A stretch of DNA of 64,000 nucleotides, from NCBI GenBank assembly GCA_030700065.1, contig JAUYKH010000041.1, forward strand, positions 4,659 through 68,658, read 5' to 3'. The notes under the pieces were generated by a model. That model was not told where the DNA came from. It saw nothing but the letters and a program-made list of their open reading frames with translations, and made no database searches. This document shows, piece after piece, positions 56,413-64,000 of this stretch. Every line of letters begins with the position of its first letter. Positions within the stretch are counted from its first letter, which is position 1. The position numbers and the translations under genes were made by a program. This DNA is from a bacterium (GTDB lineage Bacteria; Patescibacteriota; Doudnabacteria; UBA920; 2-01-FULL-46-14).

Positions 56413-57531
56413 ATGGGATATTTTGAAACAAAAAAAGCAGATTTAGAAAATTTGATCGCCACTATCAGTAAAGAGAAGGCTGCTTTTGAGCAGGTCTTAA
56501 AAAGCGAAGTTGTATCGCTTGAAGATAAGATTTCTTGGTTTGAAAAATTGAAAGAGGGTGTTCAACAAATGGCTAAGGAGCGACAAGTTGGTTTTCCGTG
56601 GCTAGCAGAGGCCTACAAGGAGTTGTTTAAAATGCGCGATGAGGTTCTGGTTAAATACCTTAAGAATAAAAAACATGCTGCTATCCAAGCCAGTGAAGTT
56701 GTGAGAGAACAAGGCCGTTTGCGGCGTGAGGCGGTTAAAGAGGCAAAGATCGCCCAATACCTGGTCCAATACTATGAATCAATGGCCCCGTTCCTTCTAG
56801 ACTTTAAAGAGGAAGTCGATGTACCGACAGAAGAGGATCGGAAGTTGTTAGAGGAATATTCAGTCGAAGAAAAGCAGGATGAAGTTATTAGCTTTCTTGC
56901 AAAAGAAGAGTACAGAAAATTGCCAAGTGTAGAAAGAAATCAAATGGCACTCGACCGTTTTTGGAAGCGCCCGAAATCAAAGTGGTTAATTGGGCGGCTA
57001 TACGAGAGGTATGTTGGGTATCTTTATGAAGAGCAGGGTTATAACGTCGACTATATAGGCATTTTTAGAGGTTTTGAAGATTTGGGACGCGATTTAATTT
57101 GTAAAAAAGGGAATGAATTTATTATTATCCAATGCAAAAATTGGGCGCAGTTCAGAACGATATATGAAAAGCACATCTTCCAGTTCTTTGGGACAGTTTT
57201 TCAATATAAAGATGAAAATCCTGATAGACTCGTTAAGTCAATATTCTACACTGCCACGTCGCTTTCTGACCTTGCACGAAGATTTGCGAAAGAACTCGGC
57301 ATCGGCTTAATGGAAAATTTCAAATTGGATCAGCAGTACCCTTGTATCAAATGTAATATCTCCAAGGTCGATGGTACAAAAATATACCATCTTCCTTTTG
57401 ATCAGCAATATGATAAGACCAAGATTGAAGTTAAACGGGGAGAGTTTTATTGCAAAACCGCAAAAGAAGCCGAAGATAAAGGATTCAGGAGGGCGTTCCG
57501 ATATAAAGGTCTATCCAAGTCGAAAACGTAA
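56413..57531 (+). CDS. Mrr-like PD-(D/Q)xK endonuclease with helical N-terminus and C-terminal accessory domain
   Basis: YERYV..LY...GY.V, DLGRDLI...IIQCKNW; C-terminal IKCNIS...KIYHLP...YD.T.I....GE.Y..T.KEAE..GFRRA. Confidence 0.85.
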   Translation: MGYFETKKADLENLIATISKEKAAFEQVLKSEVVSLEDKISWFEKLKEGVQQMAKERQVGFPWLAEAYKELFKMRDEVLVKYLKNKKHAAIQASEVVREQGRLRREAVKEAKIAQYLVQYYESMAPFLLDFKEEVDVPTEEDRKLLEEYSVEEKQDEVISFLAKEEYRKLPSVERNQMALDRFWKRPKSKWLIGRLYERYVGYLYEEQGYNVDYIGIFRGFEDLGRDLICKKGNEFIIIQCKNWAQFRTIYEKHIFQFFGTVFQYKDENPDRLVKSIFYTATSLSDLARRFAKELGIGLMENFKLDQQYPCIKCNISKVDGTKIYHLPFDQQYDKTKIEVKRGEFYCKTAKEAEDKGFRRAFRYKGLSKSKT

Positions 57532-57547
57532 GTAGCGTGAGTGAAAA

Positions 57548-57767
57548 GGGTGCCATAGTTCTTCTGGGGAGTCAAAATTGAGACACTAAAACACACCCTT
57601 AAGGACTGTCTCATTTGTCTCGCCCCAGTAGTAGAACAAGTTCACTACGGGGTAAATTTCTGCTAAAATGAGATGGACTGAAGTGCGTTAAAAAGTGCCG
57701 CCAAAGACTCCCAGAAAAGCCCTCAACCGTCTCACTCCGGCCGGTTCTAAACGGAGTTGGCACCCCA
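57548..57767 (+). ncRNA. Putative ~220-nt structured RNA or foldback element with tRNA-His-like termini
   Basis: Nested stems found by eye: 57548-55/57758-65, 57562-73/57706-16, 57606-16/57666-76, apical hairpin 57622-53; ends CCA. Confidence 0.45.
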
Positions 57768-57778
57768 CACCCAAGCCA

Positions 57779-58156
57779 ATGACAATGATCGATTCTGAAC
57801 AAATAATAAGTGAATATGGCATAGTTATGGAATTGACCTCAGGCTATTCGGCGACTTCAGAGAGGTTTCTGCCACACCCCAAAGACCAAATTAAGGCCGC
57901 CATTTTATCTGCACTTAATAGAGAAAAAGATGTAAAACAGCTTGATGCTTTAATCTCTGGATACGTCCGACTCGCAGCTTTTTTGTCTGATGAAGATGCG
58001 ATAGTCGTGAGAAGATTTGAGGATTTTGTACGTGATAAGGCAGATAATCAATCAAAATATCCAGGGGACGCTACTTTACAAGCTAAGTACTCTCAAATCC
58101 AAAATAATATCGCTAAAGAAATGGAAAAACTAAGCAAGGAAATCGGCATTTCTTAG
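57779..58156 (+). CDS. Hypothetical protein
   Basis: Open frame with protein-like composition; start moved to ATG 57779. Confidence 0.6.
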   Translation: MTMIDSEQIISEYGIVMELTSGYSATSERFLPHPKDQIKAAILSALNREKDVKQLDALISGYVRLAAFLSDEDAIVVRRFEDFVRDKADNQSKYPGDATLQAKYSQIQNNIAKEMEKLSKEIGIS

Positions 58157-58174
58157 GATGGGAGATATTTCATT

Positions 58175-58345
58175 ATGAGTTATTATTTTATTTGTACATG
58201 TAAAGAAACTTCACATCACCATAAAGGTAAGTGTAAGGACCTCGCTGATACTAATCGAGGCAAATGCCAGACGTGCAAAGATTTTGAACGAGGGTCAAAC
58301 CGAAATGCGAAAATGCATAATCCGATTTCTATTCCAAATAATTAA
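58175..58345 (+). CDS. Small Cys/His-rich protein (56 aa, not in the ORF track)
   Basis: MSYYFICTCKETSHHHKGKC...KCQTCK...; GGAG upstream. Confidence 0.4.
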   Translation: MSYYFICTCKETSHHHKGKCKDLADTNRGKCQTCKDFERGSNRNAKMHNPISIPNN

Positions 58346-58569
58346 TACCATGGTTCAAGAATGCAGTTCTAATACTCCACACTATGCGACCCAGTTAAAT
58401 TTAATTACTTGACCATATGCGTATCAAGAGCAGAAGCGAAGTGAGTATCATTCACTTGCCCAGCAAAGAACATTAGCCCGTCTCGTTTCGGCTTCGCCGA
58501 GGTGGACGAAAGCTGGTAATTCGCTAGAATTGCGTAAATACGCCACCCGGCTGGCGTATTTAGCTCTCG

Positions 58570-58614
58570 GAACAATTCCATGGAATTGTTCAATGACTCA
58601 ATATGTGAGCCGTT
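58570..58614. repeat. Double-palindrome element, copy 1
   Basis: gaacaattccatggaattgttc followed by aatgactca-atatg-tgagccgtt. Confidence 0.8.
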
Positions 58615-58617
58615 GGG

Positions 58618-58668
58618 AAATCGCCTAAGGGTCGGAGATCGCGAGCGTAGTCGAGTGGGCGGTTTTTT
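58618..58668 (+). repeat. Terminator-like hairpin with enlarged loop, copy 1
   Basis: aaatcgcc...tagtcgagtgggcggttttt; last 20 nt identical to 60750-60769. Confidence 0.75.
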
Positions 58669-58682
58669 GGTATACTTTTTGT

Positions 58683-59414
58683 ATGAAATCACATGATGCT
58701 TTTGGTAAATACCTTCTTTACCAATACAAAAATTTGCCAAATAAGATAAATGAAATCGTTGAAAGAGACGACGGTTTTATCGAGGGCAGTTCTTATTCAG
58801 ACAGGTACTTTGAAGATTATCCAAAGTGGTCAGAAAAAGAAAAAAAAGCTATTGCGCTGGCACGAGGTAGGGTTTTAGACATAGGGTGCGGCGCGGGCAG
58901 ACATTCGCTATATCTGCAACGAAAAGGTTTTGATGTAACAGGGATTGATAATTCTCCTGGGGCCATCAAAGTTTGTAAATTAAGAGGGCTGAAAAAAACA
59001 AGGCTGCTATCTGTTGAACAGATAGGTAATTTCAAGCCCGACTCGTTTGATACCATCATGATGATGGGTAATAATTTTGGGTTATTTGGTAGCTCGCGGA
59101 AGGCCAAAACTCTTCTGGGAAAGTTATCCAAAATAACTTCTCGCCATGCGAAAATTATTGCCGAAAATAGAAATCCTTACAGGACCAATAGAAAAGTTCA
59201 TCTTTCGTACCATGAATTCAATAGAAAGAGAGGGCGTCTGGCCGGGCAACTAAAATTAAGAGTAATATTTAATAAGATAATCGGCGATTGGTTTGATTAT
59301 TTGTTTGTTTCCCCTCAAGAAATGAGAAAGATACTGAATGGTACTGGATGGAAAATTAAAAGGATAATTTCTGAAAAAAGTCCTGATTACATTGTGGTGA
59401 TTGAAAAGTTATAG
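58683..59414 (+). CDS. Class I SAM methyltransferase
   Basis: ERDDG, RVLDIGCGAGRH, FDTI.MMGNNFG. Confidence 0.9.
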   Translation: MKSHDAFGKYLLYQYKNLPNKINEIVERDDGFIEGSSYSDRYFEDYPKWSEKEKKAIALARGRVLDIGCGAGRHSLYLQRKGFDVTGIDNSPGAIKVCKLRGLKKTRLLSVEQIGNFKPDSFDTIMMMGNNFGLFGSSRKAKTLLGKLSKITSRHAKIIAENRNPYRTNRKVHLSYHEFNRKRGRLAGQLKLRVIFNKIIGDWFDYLFVSPQEMRKILNGTGWKIKRIISEKSPDYIVVIEKL

Positions 59415-59492
59415 ATGGTTCTAGTTTCAACATCCTGCACCACCTGTCCTCCGAAGTTTTTAACGTAGTATGGCCGCGCCCCCAAGAAAATT

Positions 59493-59855
59493 ATGACAAA
59501 ACGAATTGACAAAAGGTTTGCGTATCAAAAAATGGGGTTTCACGAAAGTATTGTGCCGCAAGTTTTTGATGGGAAAATAAGTACTTGGAGATTAAGAGAC
59601 CACAAATTAAGAAAAGGCGATGTTGTGGCTTTTGAAAACAGTCAAACGGGAGAAATCTTCGGCTTCGGAAAGATAACCAAAGTCGTCAAAATAACCGTCG
59701 GACAGATAGACTTAAAGGACGAAACTCACTATAAAACATATAAAAATAGACAAGAACTCATAGGAGCATTCAAGCGTCATAATCCTACTTATAAAGTTAA
59801 CAATCATACACCAGTTTTTGCCTATACATACAAGTTCATAAAAATAAAACTATGA
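59493..59855 (+). CDS. ASCH/PUA-like domain protein
   Basis: F......V.DGK.STWR.....L.KGD.V.F pattern. Confidence 0.65.
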   Translation: MTKRIDKRFAYQKMGFHESIVPQVFDGKISTWRLRDHKLRKGDVVAFENSQTGEIFGFGKITKVVKITVGQIDLKDETHYKTYKNRQELIGAFKRHNPTYKVNNHTPVFAYTYKFIKIKL

Positions 59856-59927
59856 ACGAAACCCAAAAACTCAATGGTTATCCAGCGAAGATGTTAGGGC
59901 AGAAGTTGAAATAAAGTAAGTTCTAAT

Positions 59928-60043
59928 CCTGTTCCCGCCAGAGGCGGGCAGGCACGAATCCGCCCCGGGCAAACGGCTCAGCCGTTGAGCCGTTCAACAA
60001 TTCCATGGAATTGTTGAACCAGCCCTACCGAGGACGGACCTCG
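59928..60043. repeat. Cluster of palindromes including the inverted copy 2 of the double-palindrome element
   Basis: cctg..cccgcc-aga-ggcgggcagg; aacggctca-gccgt-tgagccgtt; 28-bp perfect palindrome 59992-60019; cgagg-acgga-cctcg. Confidence 0.8.
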
Positions 60044-60100
60044 TTTTTTGTTTGTGGAAAACTGTCTCAAGGCTCGGTGGTATCGTTAGTCAAAACGACT

Positions 60101-60128
60101 TTGACAAAACAATCGGATAGATTAAGAT
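60101..60128 (+). promoter_or_regulatory. sigma70-like promoter
   Basis: TTGACA-16-TAAGAT, 9 nt before ATG 60138. Confidence 0.5.
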
Positions 60129-60137
60129 AGACTCATT

Positions 60138-60314
60138 ATGCATATTCTAAAATGCGACAACTGTAGAAAAGAGATTAAAAATCGGGAACAGAGGGTTGTG
60201 GCTGGTTTGGGATGGAACGAAAAGGAATTATGTTTGGACTGCGGTCGGCCAGTCAAAAATTTTTTACTGAAGAAAAAATTGATCAGCGCAGAGGAGTTTG
60301 CCAAGCTCAAATAG
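60138..60314 (+). CDS. Small CxxC...CxxC zinc-finger protein (58 aa, not in the ORF track)
   Basis: MHILKCDNCRKEI...ELCLDCGRPV...; promoter directly upstream. Confidence 0.65.
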   Translation: MHILKCDNCRKEIKNREQRVVAGLGWNEKELCLDCGRPVKNFLLKKKLISAEEFAKLK

Positions 60315-60371
60315 CCTTGATCAAAACAGTAGCCGCGCGCATTCATTGACCCGGGGTGCACAACCCCGAAA

Positions 60372-60400
60372 TTGACAAAATATTCAGAAGAAATTAGAGT
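60372..60400 (+). promoter_or_regulatory. sigma70 promoter of a probable leaderless gene
   Basis: TTGACA-17-TAGAGT, 7 nt before ATG 60408. Confidence 0.6.
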
Positions 60401-60407
60401 AAAAGAT

Positions 60408-60677
60408 ATGAGTGATAATCATTTGAAACAATCTGTAACGAAGGAGTATTTAGGCGAATTCACGGAAAAGGTGCTTTTGCCTGCAATTGCGGAATTATTA
60501 AAGCCGTTGCAGGATGATATAGAGGCTTTGTCTGCCAAAGTCACGACCCATCTAGAGCTCTCCGACAAGCGCTATCTGCAACTAAAAAACAGGGAAAAAC
60601 TTTTAGCCAAATGGATCAAGCAGATTGCGGACAAAACCGGAGTCAGCATTGATCTTGCGGAACTTGAAAAATTTTAG
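60408..60677 (+). CDS. Hypothetical coiled-coil protein
   Basis: Helical, ends WIKQIADKTGV.I; start moved to ATG 60408. Confidence 0.65.
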   Translation: MSDNHLKQSVTKEYLGEFTEKVLLPAIAELLKPLQDDIEALSAKVTTHLELSDKRYLQLKNREKLLAKWIKQIADKTGVSIDLAELEKF

Positions 60678-60717
60678 AGCGAGTCCATTTGAGGTTTGAA
60701 AACCGTAGGGAACTATT

Positions 60718-60769
60718 AAATCGCCCAAAAGGTCGTAGGCCCCGAGGATTAGTCGAGTGGGCGGTTTTT
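60718..60769 (+). repeat. Terminator-like hairpin with enlarged loop, copy 2
   Basis: aaatcgccc...tagtcgagtgggcggttttt. Confidence 0.75.
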
Positions 60770-60892
60770 GTTCTTTCTTTTTTTATGCTAAACTATATCT
60801 AGGGGGCAGTCCCGACTCGCCCCAAAAAATATTAGAGTTGAGAAATAGTCGAGCTTAACCTTTATTTTAGCTAGTTTTACTTTTTAATAAAC

Positions 60893-61096
60893 ATGTCTAT
60901 GAATGGTGTAGTCAAGAAAAAGACTGACAAGGGTTTTGGATTCATAACCGTTGAAGGTCAGGAAAAGGATTTGTTTTTCCACAGCAAATCCCTCGTCGAC
61001 ATCACATTCGACGAGCTCAACGAGGGCGACAATGTCACCTTTGATGTTGAGGAATCGCCAAAAGGACCAAACGCGGTCAACGTAAAGCGCGTTTAA
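60893..61096 (+). CDS. csp: Cold-shock protein
   Basis: KGFGFI (RNP1), DLFFH (RNP2), KGPNAVNV. Confidence 0.95.
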   Translation: MSMNGVVKKKTDKGFGFITVEGQEKDLFFHSKSLVDITFDELNEGDNVTFDVEESPKGPNAVNVKRV

Positions 61097-61107
61097 GACC
61101 CTTTTCC

Positions 61108-61134
61108 AAAAAATCGCCCAAAGGGCGATTTTTT
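61108..61134 (+). terminator. Intrinsic terminator
   Basis: aaaaaatcgccc aaa gggcgatttttt. Confidence 0.8.
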
Positions 61135-61148
61135 GTTATAATTCGGCT

Positions 61149-62432
61149 ATGAGAATCTCAACTGAACCGCAAAACAGTTTCAACAACTTGGGGATAGCCC
61201 CCAAGCTTTTGGAAATCCTGACAAATTTGAAATTTATTCACCCCACGCCGATCCAGCAGCGTTCAATTCCCATTGCCATCGAAGGAAAGGACCTCATGGG
61301 GATCGCCCAGACGGGGACTGGGAAAACTTTGGCGTTTGGCGTACCTATGATTCAAAGGCTCGCTCAAAGCGGCGGGAAGATGAGAGGGCTGATAATCCTG
61401 CCGACCAGGGAGTTGGCTTTGCAGGTGGATGAAACGCTTCGAAAAGTTGGTGTTACCTTGGGCCTGAAGACCGCTGTTCTGATCGGCGGGCAGGCAATGG
61501 GGCAACAGCTCAAGGCGCTGCGGCAAAAACCGCATATCCTCGTTGCCACTCCTGGCCGGCTCATCGATCATCTGGAAAGCAGAACGGTTGATTTGTCGAA
61601 CGTGGGCATTCTGGTTTTGGACGAAGCGGACCGCATGCTGGATATGGGGTTTGCGCCCCAGATTAGAAAAATTCTCCAGCGGCTTCCGGCACACCGGCAA
61701 ACCATGCTCTTCTCCGCGACCATGCCGGACGAGATTGTAAAAATAGCGAAATCGTATATGAATTTTCCATTAAGCGTAGAGGTCGCCCCATCCGGTACGG
61801 CAGTTCATACTGTAACCCAAGAAGTTTTTTTTGTTGACCGCGAAGCCAAACCCCAAATGTTGCAATCGGTACTCGAAGATTATAAAGGGAGCGTTCTGAT
61901 TTTTTGCCGCACCAAATATGGTGCTAAAAAAATAACCCAAACCGTGCGAAACACCGGACACACGGCCGCCGAAATCCACTCCAACCGTTCATTGAATCAA
62001 AGACTGCAGGCGTTGGATGGATTCAAAATCGGCAAATATAGAGTCCTGGTGGCTACGGACATAGCCGCGCGGGGAATTGACGTCAGCGGCATCGAATTGG
62101 TGATCAACTATGATCTGCCGGCCACGGCCGAGGATTACGTCCACCGCATCGGCCGCACCGGCCGGGCGGGCCTTTCCGGACATGCCATTTCATTCGCGAT
62201 GCCTGATCAAAGGCGCGAGGTCAAAAATATCGAACGGCTGATCCGTAAAACCCTGCCTGTTTCAGTGGCTTCGACCAAGCCCGGTTACGCGCCCGCGCGC
62301 CGGCCGCAGTTTCAGCAACGGCGCCCAAAACCTTTTCACGGCCAATCCCGGCCGCCCCGCGGACGGGACAGGTCAAATTTCAAAAGCGACCGTGGTTATT
62401 TTATGTCCCGTCGCCACCGAACCAATCGCTAA
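61149..62432 (+). CDS. DEAD-box RNA helicase (RhlE-like)
   Basis: AQTGTGKT, PTRELA, TPGRL, DEAD, SAT, ARGID, HRIGRTGR. Confidence 0.97.
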   Translation: MRISTEPQNSFNNLGIAPKLLEILTNLKFIHPTPIQQRSIPIAIEGKDLMGIAQTGTGKTLAFGVPMIQRLAQSGGKMRGLIILPTRELALQVDETLRKVGVTLGLKTAVLIGGQAMGQQLKALRQKPHILVATPGRLIDHLESRTVDLSNVGILVLDEADRMLDMGFAPQIRKILQRLPAHRQTMLFSATMPDEIVKIAKSYMNFPLSVEVAPSGTAVHTVTQEVFFVDREAKPQMLQSVLEDYKGSVLIFCRTKYGAKKITQTVRNTGHTAAEIHSNRSLNQRLQALDGFKIGKYRVLVATDIAARGIDVSGIELVINYDLPATAEDYVHRIGRTGRAGLSGHAISFAMPDQRREVKNIERLIRKTLPVSVASTKPGYAPARRPQFQQRRPKPFHGQSRPPRGRDRSNFKSDRGYFMSRRHRTNR

Positions 62433-62456
62433 AGTTCCTGCTTGCCCCATAGCCAT

Positions 62457-62855
62457 ATGAACGGATACATAGACAACATCGAAAAAATTACCTTGGAGAA
62501 CGAAAATTTCCGCAAAGTACTCTATACTGCCAAGCACAGTCAATTAGTTGTCATGAGCCTCAAGCCAGGCGAGGAGATAGGGGAGGAGATACACGATCTC
62601 GATCAATTTTTGCGCATTGAATCTGGAAATGGAAGAGCCGTGCTTGACGGGAAAGAAACTCCGATCAGCGACGGGACGGCGATTATCGTGCCCGCGGGAA
62701 CAAGGCACAATATAATAAACACGTCATCAAGCGACCGGTTGAAACTTTATACTATTTACAGTCCGCCGAACCATCGGGACGGCACTGTTCATGTTATAAA
62801 AGCGGATGCCGAAGCAGATGACGAACATTTTGACGGGCACACAACCGAATCCTAG
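62457..62855 (+). CDS. Cupin domain protein
   Basis: NFRKVLYT, EIGEEIH, DQF.RIE.G, PAGTRHN, LYTIYSPP.H. Confidence 0.9.
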   Translation: MNGYIDNIEKITLENENFRKVLYTAKHSQLVVMSLKPGEEIGEEIHDLDQFLRIESGNGRAVLDGKETPISDGTAIIVPAGTRHNIINTSSSDRLKLYTIYSPPNHRDGTVHVIKADAEADDEHFDGHTTES

Positions 62856-62974
62856 TTATAAGTTCCCGCACCCTCAAAAAGAAAACGTCCGGGCATGAAA
62901 AAGCATTTTTTGCTATAATAACATCGCAAAACATGGCAGGGCCGGCCACGAGGCCTACAATTAATTTTAAATTT

Positions 62975-63748
62975 ATGAAACAAAAAACGATTGCCGAACT
63001 ATTTGACCTAAGCGGCAAAACCGCGGTCGTAACCGGAGGAGCGATGGGCATCGGCTACGGCATAGTGAAACGTCTGGCCGAGGCGGGTGCCAACATCGTC
63101 ATCGCGGATATGGCGGAGGCGGAGGGGATGCGTAGGGCGAAGGAGTTGAAGAGCGCAATTTTCGTCAAAACCGATGTGAGTTCTGAAAGCGACGTCAAAA
63201 GGCTGATTTCCGAAACCACTACAAAATTCGGCGGCTTGGATATTTTCGTGAATAACGCCGGGATTTATCCGCCAAAACCGGTTTTGGAGATGGGCCTTGA
63301 TCTCTGGGAAAAAATTCAGGCCGTGAATCTGCGCGGCGTTTTTCTCTGCAGCCGGGAAGCCGCCAAGATAATGATAGAAGGGGGCGGGGGCAGTATTATC
63401 AATATCGGTTCGATAGATTCTCTGCATCCCAGCATGGTTGGTCTGGCCGCTTACGACGCGTCCAAACACGGGGTCTGGGGGTTTACCAAGAACTTCGCTT
63501 TGGAATTGGCGAAAAATCGGATACGGGTCAATGCGATCGCTCCGGGCGGAATTTCGACGGAGGGGGTAGCCGACATGATGAAAGGCGCCGCGAAGGAGAC
63601 GCTCAAGGAGTTTGAAGCCAAAGTTCCCCTGGGCCGATTCGGCCAGCCGGATGATATTGCGACCGTGGCGCTGTTTTTGGCCAGTGGCGCGTCCGCTTAT
63701 ATGACCGGTTCGATGGTCGTGGTCGACGGCGGCGTTCTTCTTCGGTGA
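62975..63748 (+). CDS. SDR oxidoreductase
   Basis: TGGAMGIG, NNAG, YDASK, RVNAIAPG, VDGG. Confidence 0.95.
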   Translation: MKQKTIAELFDLSGKTAVVTGGAMGIGYGIVKRLAEAGANIVIADMAEAEGMRRAKELKSAIFVKTDVSSESDVKRLISETTTKFGGLDIFVNNAGIYPPKPVLEMGLDLWEKIQAVNLRGVFLCSREAAKIMIEGGGGSIINIGSIDSLHPSMVGLAAYDASKHGVWGFTKNFALELAKNRIRVNAIAPGGISTEGVADMMKGAAKETLKEFEAKVPLGRFGQPDDIATVALFLASGASAYMTGSMVVVDGGVLLR

Positions 63749-63774
63749 TTTGACGGATTATTAAGCGAATAACT

Positions 63775-63960
63775 ATGAAAACTTATAAATTTTCGTGGGG
63801 CGTGGTCTTGCTCATCGGGATCGCGCTGTGGGTTTTCGAAAGCCTGGCCAAGCTGCTCGGGCTCGTGCTTGTCGTCTTGAGCATCATCTCTCTGTTTCAA
63901 AACAGAGACAAAGTCCACGTGAGCGTGGACGCGAATAAAAAAGACGAGTCAAGCTTTTGA
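63775..63960 (+). CDS. Small two-TM membrane protein
   Basis: Two hydrophobic segments, followed by a terminator-like hairpin at 63974-64000. Confidence 0.55.
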   Translation: MKTYKFSWGVVLLIGIALWVFESLAKLLGLVLVVLSIISLFQNRDKVHVSVDANKKDESSF

Positions 63961-64000
63961 TTATTTAATTTGCAAAAAGGCCGCTTTCTGAAGGGCGGTT

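Noticed and set aside
58405-58740. Minus-strand 111-aa ORF
   Set aside because: It crosses several palindromes and overlaps the methyltransferase start; no motif
59852-59914. 20-codon ORF overlapping the ASCH stop
   Set aside because: Too short to support; possibly a gene remnant
55000-61000. CRISPR array, integron or prophage
   Set aside because: No regularly spaced repeat-spacer units, no clear attC ends, and no integrase, cas or phage structural genes

Overview
Bacterial chromosomal window read with the standard code (TGA used as stop). It is most likely from a Patescibacteria/CPR genome; this is an inference from the PilB/PilC/pilin set, apparently leaderless genes and many short palindromic repeats. 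Positions 1-36.7 kb form one co-directional surface-glycan cluster of about 32 genes. It has three nonulosonic-acid synthases (PseI, an FAD-oxidoreductase-NeuB fusion, and NeuB beside NeuC), three cytidylyltransferases and many tailoring enzymes. It also has a complete sulfation cycle built on a pyruvate kinase-ATP sulfurylase-APS kinase triple fusion, plus CysQ and a sulfotransferase. Next come two secreted proteins, an O-antigen-ligase/TPR protein, an initiating sugar-phosphate transferase, a type IV pilus operon whose pilC appears to start at ATT, a MurL-MurD fusion, tRNA-Arg(UCG), holA and transporters. Positions 55-61 kb form an accessory island around tRNA-His. It holds a small GIY-YIG nuclease between a hairpin-interrupted copy of the tRNA 5' end and the intact tRNA, a HEPN / TM-Zn-ribbon / Mrr cassette, a ~220-nt rod-like fold with tRNA-His-like ends, and several palindromic repeat families. 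Similar palindromes sit inside murL and a pilin gene. The window ends with csp, a DEAD-box helicase, a cupin and an SDR. No rRNA, CRISPR array, integrase, transposase or reverse transcriptase was seen. All calls come from motifs read by eye; no searches were run.
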